64,000 bases of DNA from Klebsormidium nitens (Eukaryota; Plantae; Klebsormidiophyceae). Where the stretch lies: positions 160,792-224,791 of the forward strand of contig DF237032.1 of assembly GCA_000708835.1 (NCBI GenBank). Direction: 5' to 3'. Positions 1 through 12,752 of the stretch are shown here, one piece after another. The translations under genes were made by a program, and so were the position numbers. The number at the start of each line of letters is the position of its first letter. The first letter of the stretch is position 1. The notes beneath the pieces were generated by a model. The model saw only the letters and a list, made by a program, of their open reading frames with translations. It searched no databases and was not told where the DNA came from.

Positions 1-57
1 AACAGAAGTTGGGGCCCCTCTTACCCCAGGGCCAGAGAAGACACTCATAGCAGCACA

Positions 58-3000
58 ATGCTGCAATCAAGCGGGCAGGGCGACGGCCCCAGTACGAGTG
101 GCAGCGAGCAGGCCTCTTCCTACGTGGGCCAGATAGTGGTACGGCATTGCTCATTTTTATTCTATAAAGTCCATCCCTGCTGTCGCCAGCCGAAACGGAC
201 ACGGAGGGCAGGTTTGCAGGATACCACCCGACCCATCGCAGAAGATAAGGCAGCATGGGCAAAATAGAACCCCCCGCATGTGGCCCTTCCGTCAAATGTT
301 TTGAGACTTGACGCTTTCCTGGTTTCTGCTATTGCACCGTAGTGTTTGGTTGGTTTCTCCGCTTATTGGCATGAAGCCATAGGGCATCAATCTGGTCATT
401 CGCTCTCACATTAGGAAGGGGCCTTTCATTCTCACCCATCAACGTCGCAACTTTTAAAGCAATCCCCTGTGCCAAGCTGATCACAATCACCAGTGTCTGG
501 TCATCAAGGGGGCTCTGGAAGTTGTGCACTTTAGAATACAGCATACGCTGCGCCGTCACTTACTTGCACGTCTTAAGAAACTGCCAATCTGGATCGACGC
601 TTCAGTTTCTCATCTGGGTCAGCTTCTCATAGAAGGTTGCTGGGTCCGCTTGACTATCCTGAACGAGGAGCTACAGGCGCTAACTGTTTGGTGCCTGTGT
701 GCAGGCTCCAGGGGACATTGTTCTGGATCTGACGCAGGCAGGCAAACTGGTCAGGATTGGGGGGGGCTTGCAACAGGTCGGTAGCAGCATTCTTTTCATG
801 GCTTTCTGCTAGCTTCATCTTGCGATGGTTTGAGTGGGCTTTCTTCTCAACAATCTCTCCCAGCTTTTTTGGGCATCAGCTTTGGAGTGTTGTTCTTTCC
901 GGGAAATCCTGTCCAGCTTCTTCTATGTATTGACCTCAGGTTGCAAAGCTAGTGAGTTGGGAGTTCACCTGCCCCTGTTAGTCAAATGGCTACCTGTCTC
1001 TAGGCATCACTTTTAGCAAAGTGGGCCGTGTTGAAGTACAGAAGGATAGGTTTCTGCAGTGCAAACCCGTGCCATGAAAGGAGCTTCGGGGCGGACTTTC
1101 GCAGAAAGTGGATGCTCTTATTCTGGCAGTCAGGTCTGCCAGTCTGTTTTGCCAAGCATCTAGCTTGCAAATTCCTGTGAAGCACTTGATGAATGTACAG
1201 AGTTCAGGGCGTAGCCGGCAGAACACTGGTTGTGCTCGTGTGCAGGACGGCACGTCCCTAGTTGTCACGAAAGCTGGGCGGCTGAGGCATACCAAGCCAA
1301 GCAAGTACTGGGTGGAAGGCAGCCAAAGACGGGTATGCCCCTCCCTCCGGTTGTCACCCTACACTGTCCTGTTTGGAGGCTGACCCCTTGTAGTTTTCGC
1401 TCTCCCCTCTCATTACGATGCCAATAACCCGGTTTTTGAACTGCCGGCGATGTGACTTGCAACCAAAACCAATAGATTCGAATATGGAATTAAGGTTTTC
1501 TCCGCCTTCTGTCCAGTACGTACCGGCAGTGGAGGATGTTGTCGTGGGCGTTGTGGTGGAGCGCTATGCCGAGGTAGGCACGTCACCTGCGCCCTTCTGT
1601 CTCTGTTGTCGTTTTCTGCCGCCTGACTCTTGTTGCCCACTTTAGGCCTTTCTCGTTTCTCGGGGTTTCTTAGAGAGAAGGTTTTACTTTCAGGAGAGAA
1701 CATAAAGCACTTGTTTCTCGTGAGGAGCAGGTGAAACGAAGATCGGCTTGAGTTTCGTAATGAACCAGAGCTTCGTTGTTTTCAACAAGACCAAAGACCG
1801 TTCCAGTCGACTTCAAAATGCGTAACACGCATGCTGTGAGTCTTGGTTCCACAAGACGCTCCCCGCCCTCCCTTGCGCAGCACTTGGTCATCGACATTGG
1901 CGGTCCCGTGACCGCGCTGCTGCCGGCATTGGCGTTTGAGGGTGCCACTCGACGAAACAAGCCGAACTTGAACGTAAGCTTTGGGTAATCTCGCCACTTA
2001 TAATCCTTTCAGCAGCTTCCTCGACTTTGTGCTACCACATGACGCGAAGTCTCTGATTCGTTTCATACATCAAAGAAAAGTGTCCTCGTTTATTGTGTGT
2101 CGGCCTCCCTGAAGGCGAAGCGAACTGCCACCTGATGGGTGGTGCTAGTAGGATCAGGAGAGCTACTAAGAAGTTTCCATCAGGCTTTGCTAAACGAAGT
2201 TCACGAGTTCGGAAGGGCAGCCCTAATCGACTCGCAATCTGATCTAGAATCTAAGCAAACGAGCTGGTATCGTAAGTTACATTGAACCCCTCGAACTACT
2301 TATCAGAAGGCCTGTTCTTTCACCCGAGGGTAAGTTGCACTGCCTGATTGTGTTCCCGTCTGCTCACTTTTCTCCGATTGCATGGCTGCTTCTCATCACG
2401 GACGCTTTACCCGCTCGTTCTCTTATGCTCTTTTTTGCACCCGTCTGCTCACTCGTCTGCGCCTCAAGAAAACAACCCCTTGGATCCCAGGAGCCCCACT
2501 TTCTCCCCACGATTATTGTAGATCGATCGGCCACTGCTGACCGACTCCTTTCATCCCTTCGTTGCAACAGATTGGCGACTCTGTCTACGCCCGGGTTACA
2601 AGTACCAGCCGAGACACAGAACCGACGCTGGCGTGTCATGACGCCAGCGGTCGGGCCGCAGGCTTTGGACCCCTCGCAAAAGGTTACCTCTTCCAGTGTA
2701 GCACGGGCCTGGCACGGACGTAAGACTGCGAATGGCTTTTCTTCCTATTCATGGTCAAACTGCTCCTGGACTTTGATTTTGAGTGTTGTTGTGCTTGTTG
2801 TGCTTCTTGTGCTTACAGCGAAAAGTGCTGAGCTCAAGGGAGATTTCTGTCACTCTGCGTGGGTAAGGTCACACCCCCTTGCGGAACGCCCTCTTACCAT
2901 ACCTTACAAACGTATCTGTCAAATGCGCCTTTTCTCTTCTGCTCGTTGATAAAGCATTATCTACGTTCGGCAAATAAAACAAACCGTCGACGTTCAAGGT

Positions 3001-3818
3001 TGTAAGAGTGCCAGATGACGCCTCGACCTCTTGAAGTGCACAGCCGCAAGTTGGTTGTCTTACTTTCCAGGAACAGCTGACCAACCGAACGTCGTCGACA
3101 ATGCTCTTAAACAGAGATTCTTACGACGTACGCGTTGTCAATCCCGTATGCCAGGACTTTCCGAGAACAGTCCGTGTAAACCCCCGTTGCTCTATCTGCC
3201 ACGTGCAGCCTTCTGAGCCGACCCACGTGCGCCGTTCTGGAAGCATTAGGCGGCGGGCTTTCCTTCGAACTGGCCGTGGGCATGAACGGGAAGGTCTGGG
3301 TAAGGCCCTGACGCATGACGTCACTTCGCTGCTGACGTCGTATGATGATGGACCGCTGCCGCTGGTCATGGCGCCTTAAGAAGCATGACTCGTCTAGGCC
3401 GTGATGAGGGCGTGCGGTCGAAAGAATCATAACGTGAGGTCCACCTGAAAGTTCAAAGTTTCCTCGTTAGTACTCGAAGACAAGTGGACGCTCTTGGGAA
3501 ACCTCCGTGCACTATGTTCTGGTTTCACCGATTAGCACTGCCAGCTTTCACTTGGGGAGATTGTTCTCACAAGCATGAAGCTTGTTCTTCTAGTCTGAAA
3601 TCGTGAAACGTCAGGGGTTTTCTCAGGACCGAGCAGGTATTTGTTCTTATTTTGTTTTCTGGCTCGATCCTTACCCCTGACGTGTCGTTCAGGTCGACGC
3701 GGCTTCAGCAGCAATCACTGTTCTGGTCGCCAACGCCATCATCAATTCCGAGTTCTTGTCTCCAACGCAAGCGAAGATCATGGTAAAAAGCTTGCTGAAG
3801 CAGGTGCAACAACCGTAG
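58..3818 (+). CDS. RRP40: Exosome complex component RRP40 (8 exons, ~251 aa)
   Basis: Phase-consistent GT-AG exons 58-138, 705-776, 1246-1332, 1517-1573, 1881-1973, 2571-2719, 3209-3299, 3693-3818. They give MLQSSG..VAPGDIVLDL..KAGRLRHTKPSKYWVEGSQRRYVPAVEDVVVGVV..GPVTALLPALAFEGATRRNKPNL..GDSVYARV..FGPL..LSFELAVGMNGKVWV, which matches the plant RRP40 motifs I recognise. Confidence 0.93.
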
Positions 3819-5094
3819 TGTCCCTGTTTAGTTGTTAGTGAAACTAGCTGCGATGACGCGTTCGGACTGATCCGCTCCTGCTGTGTTTGAGGAAGTATTC
3901 TTCATCATTCGTCAAGTATGCTGTGTCCTTACGTCCTACCGCACTAGGGGGCCTGACGTACATGTCACCAAGATGCAGCTCTGGCCAGCTCCAAAAAAGA
4001 CCAATAAGACCAACAAGCACGATTTGTGCATACCCTTGCTCCAAACTTGAAAGCGCAGGGGATAGATTAGATTTGGAGGGCCGAAAATGTTTCGACAATG
4101 TACATGGTCCAGTGTAAGATGAAGGCGTGTTGCGTTCAATGATCTAGCGAATGCAGCAAGAGCGGCCGGGCGAAGAGGGGGCCAGTTATTAGGCACATGT
4201 AACAATCAACCTTGTCGGTAATCCAAACTCGGCCGATCTTTGAGTTTGCAACAAGAGTTGAGGCCGGCTATTGTCATGTTGAGGGCCGTTGCCCACGCCT
4301 CGCAACGACAGAATATATGTCCATTCTGTTATCATTGCATATATAATATGCATAAGCCGGAATGGATCTTATAAAAGACAATATCTATGCACGTGCCCTA
4401 GGCTAGCTAGTTTCAAGAATAACGGCATGTCAACGGTGGTCATGAAACATATATAGGCCGAAAAAGCTTTGTTATAATGGACTGACCATTACACCTAAAA
4501 GCAATTACCTTCGTAATGAATACGACACTATATCAGCATTGAATCCGGATAGTTACCCGACGTAGGCATCATGAGTCATATAAGTTACTCGAGCATGTAC
4601 TATATGGTTGCTTAGCGCCGGCTTCGAAAACGCCGCCGCGGCCGCGCCCAAAGCTAAGCGAAAAAACCGGACGGGCGGTCAAAGGGTTTCGCTTAAACCC
4701 TGCTTGAGCTCGCCAGTGGCGGCGGCCGCGTGCGACGGCCGGCCGCGGCGCGCGTATCGGCGAGTACTGTGCGCTAACTAAGTTGCGCTCACTGGCAAGA
4801 GAAAGCCATAAGAAATGTAGTCTTCTTAGGAGCGCTCACTGGTGCGTGACCAACTTTCAAGCTTTGAGTCTGCACACAGGTCGCAAAAGCTTTGCTTTTT
4901 CTCCTTGGTTTCGCTGGCTGGCCTTAGCTGCGTGCAGCGCCACCGGAGTATACCCGCCGGGCAGGCACGGAAGTTGGGGGCGGTCATCGGAGGACCGGCC
5001 TCTGCCAGCAATCGTAGCATCAAAGCGTTCTCCACCATCCGAAGGGGTACTGATTGCGCCTTATTTGGACTGCTCACCTTCCTCAACTGGTACA

Positions 5095-8000
5095 ATGACG
5101 CCGCGCGCAGGGACCTTTCTCAGCGAAGAGCAGCGATTCGGCGGTTGGCCCGTCAATCATACTAGAAATGAGACTGGCCCCACTCCGGTCGACACGTCCT
5201 ACGAGCTAGGTGAGACTTCGACATCTGTTGACCACGAAGCTTTTTCAACCAGATTCAGAAAGCCTCTTGAAAGTGGAAAGTCGCTGCAGACAATTGTTTG
5301 TTCAAGTTGGCAGATTTGAAGGGCAGACATGATATGTTTGTTCATATTTCCCACGATTTGGCAGAGGTTGTGTGTCAGATGAGTCAATAGCTTTTGGCAG
5401 GCAGAGCAGAGGCGTGTGGCGGTCTTCGTTCTTCCCAATCCTCAGCGAAGCCGCTTCGTCCAAGCATGGATGATTTGTCGGCGTTAAGGACTGATAACTT
5501 GACATTGTTCTTCCAGGAAGCCTCGACGACCGGATCGCTCGCCAAGTGCGCCAGCAGACAGCGCACCTGGAGGATGCAGTACTCCACTTTGAGTTGCGGC
5601 TGAACAATCTGCAGGTGCAGCAAATCAAGCTGTGGACCGACATGAACAGCTTGCAAGTCCAGCAGAACAAGCTACGAACCGATATCAGCAGCTTGCACGT
5701 TCAGCAGAACAACCTGCTAAGCGACCAGAACAACCTGCGGATCCAGCATGAAGCACTAGAGCAGTACGTTCTTGCTGAGACCTTCTGGTGGAGGATTCAA
5801 AAGGTGCGTCATCCCCAAGTTAGTTCGTTTCATCAAAGCTTCGTTAATGCTGTATCAAGAAAGAATTAGGGGGCTGAGGTGTCGTTTTCTGGTAAATTCT
5901 GCAGGCACGACCAGATCAGTCCTTATCATTGAGCACTCTTTGGTTCATCTGCCACTTGGCGTTCTGGTGCCTGAAGAAATGGCGTTAGTAAGACAGCATA
6001 TTGTATGCAACAACAATAAATGGATGTGGATTCATGGACTCGCTGAGTTGGGTTTGCAGCTTGTACTTTGTTCACTCGATCGTGAGGGAAGCGTTCTACA
6101 AAACAAACATGACCGCCGGAGGACCCCATAAGGAAGCACGCAGCTTGAATAGACCAGCCCTGTTACCACTTTCATAGCCGTGATCTGGTGTCTCAAGTGC
6201 TTTTCCAAATTTCTTCATCTGAGCCTAAGTCGTTGCCTTAATGGATTGATCCATCATCTTGGACTCTCAGCCACAGAAGCTGACCAAAGCGCATCGACGC
6301 TGTTCTTTTTACAGGAAGAACTCGAGTCCCGAGTGTATGCGGAGATCTTTCAGGGCCAGCTCAATATTCTGAATGGTGGAATGTAGGACTTTCTCAAGGC
6401 ACTAGACGCGGCGAGGCGAAGCATCCTGGAGACGCAACTCGGCAGGTAAGTAACAAATGCTGCTGTGCCCTGTCAATCAGGACCTTGACCAACAGAACAT
6501 AGTCCTAGTTGTTTGGAGAAGTCATCTTGCAAGTGTTGATGACTCTTTCTCTACTGGTGAGACTCGAGAGGGTAACGACTGGCTTAGGAATACGGGGTAC
6601 AATTAGTGGGCAAGGAGCAACACATTTGTTACTTGTCCAAGAGAAGAGTTGATTTAACGCTGTGCTTGGCGCTTGTCAGCATCCAGTCCCCGCAAAAATC
6701 TGATCTCCAGTTTCATCTTCCATGCCTGTTGACATCATCTCAGGGGGGTTTGTTGTATTGCATGTTTGTGTATACGTTTCTGTCAAAAGTCTGTCCTGAA
6801 CCCGTCCTGAACCCATCAGTAGGTCTGGTTGAATTAGGGGACTGACAGTGTTACGTCACCCAAGACTCGAGCGTGGTGCAATCGGAACAGCCTGCAGGTC
6901 GATCGGTCACAGCCTTGCTTAAATTGTTTGCGATTGAGGGCCGCGTTTTTCAACCTCATACGGCCCCTGTCACCTTTTCCATCTTTTCACTGAATTTTGC
7001 GGTTTTATTGCAGGCCACTGGAGGCGTACGACGACTACTATTCCCTTATCAAAATCAACGGATCTATCCAGCTTCATGGATCCCCGCTCGACGACGCGCT
7101 CAAGGCGGGCGAGACTGCGTTCCAGCAAGCATACGAGGCTGCAAAGACGGTGCTGCGCTCGATGTCCCTCCAGGTCTTCCCGCAGGCACTCCCGGTAGGA
7201 TTAAGCAGCGCGTATTGCGTTGAAGAGGGCGTGGCGATACGACAAAATCGCAGCGACAATAAGAGTGAGAAGGATGATAATTGGTCGCTGGATGATACCA
7301 CGTGGTCAGTGGTTGATATCATTTCCCGGCGACCTTTGATCTGATATTCGTGGCTGTACGTCGCTCTTGACGTCACTACGGACGCGTCCGCGTCCGCCAA
7401 CGTCCTCTTTAAGCGAGACGTTTCGCGGCCGCCCTTTCCTCTACCGGTTCGTCGGAACTTAGTCAAGGCATGCGTTCACAACCTGCTATATTGGTAAAAA
7501 GCTTCCCAGCATGTTGCGTGGTTGGAGAATCGACATTTGGTTCTGTGTTGGGACCTCACGCCGTGCTTGTTGTTGGCCATTCGCGTGACTGGTCTTTTCG
7601 GCGAACTCATAATGGAAGGTGTCACCCCGGCTCGCTTGCGGTCCTCGTCCAGTTGTCTGCTCCTTTTCCCAGGCGGTAGGTATTTGCGCCTCAGTTGCTC
7701 CGATGTTGTGTTGAGCTGCTCTTCTTTGGGATTACGTTTTTACTTTGTTTGAGCCCGGGGGATTGGTCCAACTCAACTTAGACTTCAGTTATCTGCGCCT
7801 CGTCCACCGCGGCCGCAAACTTTACTTTTCCTTTTCTCCAGGCACTGGCGTTACGCAAGCTCGTTTGCGGGCCGGTTACCCAAACCCTGGAACGCTGGCA
7901 CGACACGACTCACTTGCTGGAGCGCATCGGGCCAGCCCGCGCGCCGTTTATACTTGATGACATCAGGGTCAAGATTGAAAGTGGCGACCCTTCTTTACGG

Positions 8001-8311
8001 ACTCGCCGGTGAGGCTGTTTGCGAGCTTCTTTTGACCGACCTTGGTTTTAGATGGCTTGTGTATGGTGCGCTCTTGAAGAACGGAGGATCCTATTGCGTT
8101 GCGCCAAAAGGGCGGGCAAAAGGGCCTTCTCTGCGAAAGCGCATGGCCTTCTCCAGGGAGCGTGTGATCCTTGTCTGGAACACTTCCATCTGCGTACTTT
8201 TGACTGAAATACGCAGACGGATACGCAGACGAGATACGCTTTCTGACGACTGAAAACGTTTGGACTCTGCTCTTATGCAGGACTTCGATCGAATGGTTCT
8301 ACTTGGCGTAA
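5095..8311 (+). pseudogene. Orphan coiled-coil protein gene, probably pseudogenised by an in-frame TAG at 6384-6386
   Basis: Phase-consistent exons 5095-5209, 5517-5803, 6315-6445 and 7014-7194 (or read-through to TGA at 7344), then 7842-8008 and 8281-8311. Splice signals are canonical. Exon 2 encodes heptad repeats. Exon 3 is open on both sides of a single TAG. No recognisable family; the start codon is uncertain. Confidence 0.5.
5603..5748 (+). repeat. 42-nt (14-aa, two-heptad) coding tandem repeat, ~3.5 copies
   Basis: NNLQVQQIKLWTDM / NSLQVQQNKLRTDI / SSLHVQQNNLLSDQ / NNLRIQH; also visible at DNA level. Confidence 0.8.
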
Positions 8312-9753
8312 TCATGGGCCGCGCGTGCATCAAGATGTTCAACGCGTTCAGCTGCCACGACTACACGAGGCTGTCTGCTATGCAAATTTCACCACAGTAC
8401 ATCCTCCCAGCCCGACTTTGATCCCCTCCAGCCCGCATGCTTTTCAGCTGAAGCAGGGACATAAGAGCAGCCCACGGCTGATAGTTGATCCAAGACAGTC
8501 AACTCGTTTCTTTTAGCGGAAGCAGTTGGTGAACAGAGACTTGATCTGTTCCAATGGCCATGATTTTATGTTACACTGTTTCTCTCACCCACGTGCATGA
8601 TAAGTTAACAAAGTTATTTGTAGCTGGTTCTGCGATGGTGCGCAAGTCAGTCTTTATGCATCGGTAAGGGCTTCTGGAACGATGCGCAACGTGTTACGAG
8701 GTTCCATCTCAACGAAACCATGCGGCACCAGATTTTGCCGCACGTACATCATAAGACATCATGTTGACTTCTCAGGTGCCTACACAACATCATGACACAA
8801 TCGTTTATATGGCATCGCTTTAAACAAGGAAGATGTCGAGCGCAACATTTCTACAATCAGTACTCGAGAACATCGAAGGGAACTTAAGTTCAAGTTGTAT
8901 CCTTGTGTCCAGTTCCAAATAATCAGTCTACTCATGCAGGCCAACTAGGACGTGTTGCGAACGTGCAGCAAAACAGCTTCTCATCAAGCCTGCATCCCGG
9001 CTGATCCGACGATTGATCAGGCATATGGCAGCCGTATTCTTCAGATTGTTGTAGTAATAATTTGACGAGGCGATCGAAAAAGTACGTGTACTTTCAATTT
9101 CGATGTGCGTATCACTTGAAACCGCTGCGCAACGCTTTGCTACAATGATGATAACCGCGCTGTATTATCAGCTGATCGCCCGGAACTCCGCGGCGGTGCT
9201 TGTCCAGTAAGTTCGCCAGCCTGTCAAGGCCGACCGACGAGGCGCCGCCGCGCTGGCCTGCTGGCACTCTCATGCACATATGCAAGATCCGGCCGTGGAC
9301 AGCTCAAAAAGCTCATATGGCGGCAGATGAGCACGTCGACCCCTTGAATGTTCGCTGCATATGATTTTGTATGCATCCGCATGCCAGTGATTCCTTGGAG
9401 CTTTCGGCCCCGCTATAAGTTTGGATCTTATGTTGCATCTTTCATCTGTTTCGTCGGCTATCTCGCGGCGTGCAAGCCTTGTGGAATTTTGCATAGACAT
9501 TGCCTCTGTTAATGTCCCTGGCGTAAGGTTTGCTTGCATGTCACGCAGCTAGGTCGCTTCGTGTACTAGCTTTCAATTAAGGTATTCATACATTGACAAT
9601 GTTTGGAGAGGCACATGTAATACCTTATGAACATCGACGGTTGCTCGTGGTGCCAGTAACATCCGATCTCATCAACAGAAAGCCCACACTTACAAGATGC
9701 AACGGTTTTACACGATCGACCGCTATACAATCATCCCGTTCCGAGTCCTCACC

Positions 9754-12752
9754 TCACCTCGAAACGTAAGCCAAACTGACCGCGAGCAATGTAACAGCCA
9801 GAGCACCGACTGCGGCTGCGAGCGTTGTTTGACTGCACACTGCTTCTTGCTTTCCTTTCACACTGCTGCTCCCTGTTCTGACACCTTCTAATACCGTGCT
9901 CTTTTGGGGCTCGCTCTGCTGTTGGGCCGTTTTCTCCGGAGCTGCTGGCCTCTCGACTTCGACCAAGTCGCTCCCGCTTGCAAAGCTCGGCCCAAGCATC
10001 TCTTTACACCTCTCGGCCGCCTCTGCGACGCTCTCGCTTCCTATCAGATACTCTGACAGCCGTACTCCCTCTAGCCAAGGGACAAGAACCCGCCGCGGCA
10101 TCCCCTCTCCAAATCGCCGGACTGCGTCCTCCAGCAAAGCATGCCGAGGTTGAGACTTCTCCGCCCCAGAAGCGCCCTCCCCAGGTGCTGACGTGGCAGC
10201 TGACGTGGCGGCGTGCTCGCTCTCTTCCTCCGCCCTATCCGCCTCCTCCACCAAAAGCTCGAGCCTTGCTCGCAGGCTGCGGGCGACGTCCGTCTTAAGG
10301 TCCACGAGCGCCTCTCCGACCGTCTGCTTCGGATGCGAATACGTCCTGACGTGGACGGCCCCGCTGAGTGCCACGTGTCCGACCACCGCCCCCGGCTTCT
10401 CCCGCAGCTCCTCGCCCATCTTTGCGCCGGCTTCGGACGCCCAGGAAGGGCGGGCGAAAAAATGGACTTGGTGCGTCGGAAGCGACTCCGCGGTTTGGGA
10501 GTCCGGCTCGGGCTCGGGGGAAGGGGTTCGGAGGGCTGCTACAGTTTGTGTCGAGTCTGTGAGCGCGCCGTCTACCGTGCATTCTGCGGCGCCGAGCCTA
10601 GTTGTCTCGGAGGAGATGGCGCCCTCGACGCTCGAAACGAATAATGTTGAGCTTCCGGAGCGGATCGGAAGCCTGTAAGAAAAGAAGTGAGAAATTGGTT
10701 TTTGAGAGGTCCTCATGCAAGGAGCTTCGCCTCTAAATCAATCTCCGTTCGCTGTGAAAGTGCATAACCGTAGTGGCTGCCAATTGATGCCTACGTCATG
10801 AACAGAACCGTTAACTTTTCCCAACCACTAACGGTAGGAGTCAGATCATTTTGATCTGGGGAAAAGAGGCAATCTGCATCTTACGCATGTTCGAGGTCAG
10901 CTGAATGAGACTGTTGGCTGCAAGCCAATTGGTGAACTGTTGTCCTCCAATCCGGAATATGTCGAAAACGACCTTCTCTTCTAACCAGGAGATAGGCCCT
11001 GAGACACTGACCGTAAATCGATGCGATAGACAGCTTGTAGGCAGTGTAGAGTGTTGAGATTGTGTCCGAACTTGAGCTCGCAGGGGCGGAGGGACTGGAA
11101 CCCAGAGGCCGAAGGAAGGCCCACGGGACCACTCCGACAAGTGCACCTGCCAGACAGGCAAAACAAGTCAGCTTTTGAGATTGCCCTAACTTTGGTTCCT
11201 GTACTTTCTGGGTCTAGGACCAGATCTTTGCAGGATTGAGAGCTTGGCAGAACTTGCATCTAGTATTTGAAGGAAGCGAACGTGACGTGAGGTGCTGGCG
11301 GCCGACCCGCCAGGAATGGCTGTGTGAAGCCTCTAGGACTAGAGTGCAGCGATCCCTGCTTAGTCAGAAGCTGCCGCTGAAGAAAGTCAACAGTGACTCT
11401 AACTGTGCAAACCATCGAGATTGCATGCCAGCGTCAGTAGAAGTGACACACAACGAGCTTGACCAAACATGCTGGAACCTGCGCACGCCTCAGATTGAAA
11501 CTAGCACAATCTCCAGGGCTTACTGTTCAACGCCGCAGACCTTCAGACTAGAGATTTCAGGAACAAACATACCAGTGAGGCGGTCAATTTGTATGACATG
11601 ATCTGAGAAAGTCCGATTGTGTGGAGCTTTCCTAGTTCACTCACTTGCGGGGCTGCCGTGATACATGCAAGAGGAGCCACTCTGCTCCTGCATCCTGTGA
11701 TATTATCCTGGGGCTTGCTGAGGTGGCGGTGGCAGTCAGAGCCTCCCACAGCGCAGCGCCAGCAGCCTTTAATGCTGCCTCAGAGCAGATGGCGTAGATC
11801 CCCAGAACAGCCAGACCCCCTGGAAGCATTCTGGACACCTGAGGGGAAACGCTTGGCATCTCAGATCAAGTGTACTGTGTGTTCTCTTGCTACCATGTGT
11901 TCTCTGGTGGTCTTTGACACGCTTGGAGACTGTCAAAGCGGGGTGCTTTTGCCTCTCAAGAACCAAGGCACACCAGGCCGGTCAGAAGACCAGGCCGGTC
12001 AGTAAAATACTCCTTGGATTGCTTGTCCACCACGCAATGAGGTCAGGAAAAGTAAAATTCTTCGGGGAGTTGGCCTTGTCATTCAAATTGTGGCAACCTT
12101 GTCATTAGAATGATGGCATCATGAGACAATGCCAGTGGCACACCACGGTTAAGCTCAGCTCTGGAAGTGCACGCAAAGTTCCGCACCTGTCTCGTGTGTT
12201 CTCCAATCCATTCGGGGTCAACCTGCAGTGGCGCCTCTCCCTTGCCTCCTTTCTTGCTTGCGCCACTTGTATCGACCACATTGGTTGTGCTTTCGGATGG
12301 TGGAGTTGGCAGCAGAGCGTAGACATGGTCGCGGTATGCGACACTGACTTTGCCGACCAGGAGACCAGTCTGCAGTAAATTAAAGCAAGATCAGATGGCT
12401 GAAATGGTGGTGGTTGGAGGCGATATGTGGAGAGGCTCTTTGTTTGCATGCCAGACAAGATCTGACCCGTAGTAGTCGACTAATTATGAGCACCACCAGT
12501 CAAGATCCTCTAGACTTTGCTATCAGCCCCGCAGCATTCTTTGAGCAGCCTGGTTATCCATCTGAACCATTTTTCAAGGCAAGTTTTATCAATATGTACA
12601 CAACAGGATACAGAAGAACGATGCGTGAAGGATCATTGCTGGTGTGTGATTGGAAATTGTCGTGCACCTACCTGCGTGGCTGTGGACTGCTTGAGCAACC
12701 TCTCAATCTCGTTCTCCACATGCTCCACCTCTGCAAGGACAGATCTCACCAT
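9754..12752 (-). CDS. ODR4: ODR-4-like ER membrane protein (5 exons, ~503 aa, C-terminal TM helix)
   Basis: Exons 12752-12672, 12369-12187, 11838-11645, 11146-11012, 10672-9754. Motifs GLLVGK, DPEWIGEHTRQVSRMLPGGLAVLGIY, LRPCELKFG, DVARSLRARLELL and PRRVLVPWL match plant ODR-4 homologs. Hydrophobic tail LAAAVGALAVTLLAVSLAY. Confidence 0.88.

Noticed and set aside
329-1304. Minus-strand ORFs of 60-104 aa over the RRP40 5' introns
   Set aside because: They are antisense to a well-supported spliced gene and have no recognisable motif.
9073-9104. Imperfect hairpin ATCGAAA-AAGTAC / GTACTT-TTTCGAT, and a nearby ATGATGA..CTGA at ~9145-9175
   Set aside because: Single copy with no TSD or Helitron-type terminus; the C/D spacing of about 30 nt is too short for a snoRNA.
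9896-10678. Several long overlapping ORFs in other frames and strands over GC-rich exons (also 22984-23901, 24303-26219, 58339-59138, 61441-62485)
   Set aside because: Shadow ORFs expected from GC3-rich coding sequence; low-complexity Arg/Pro/Ser translations.
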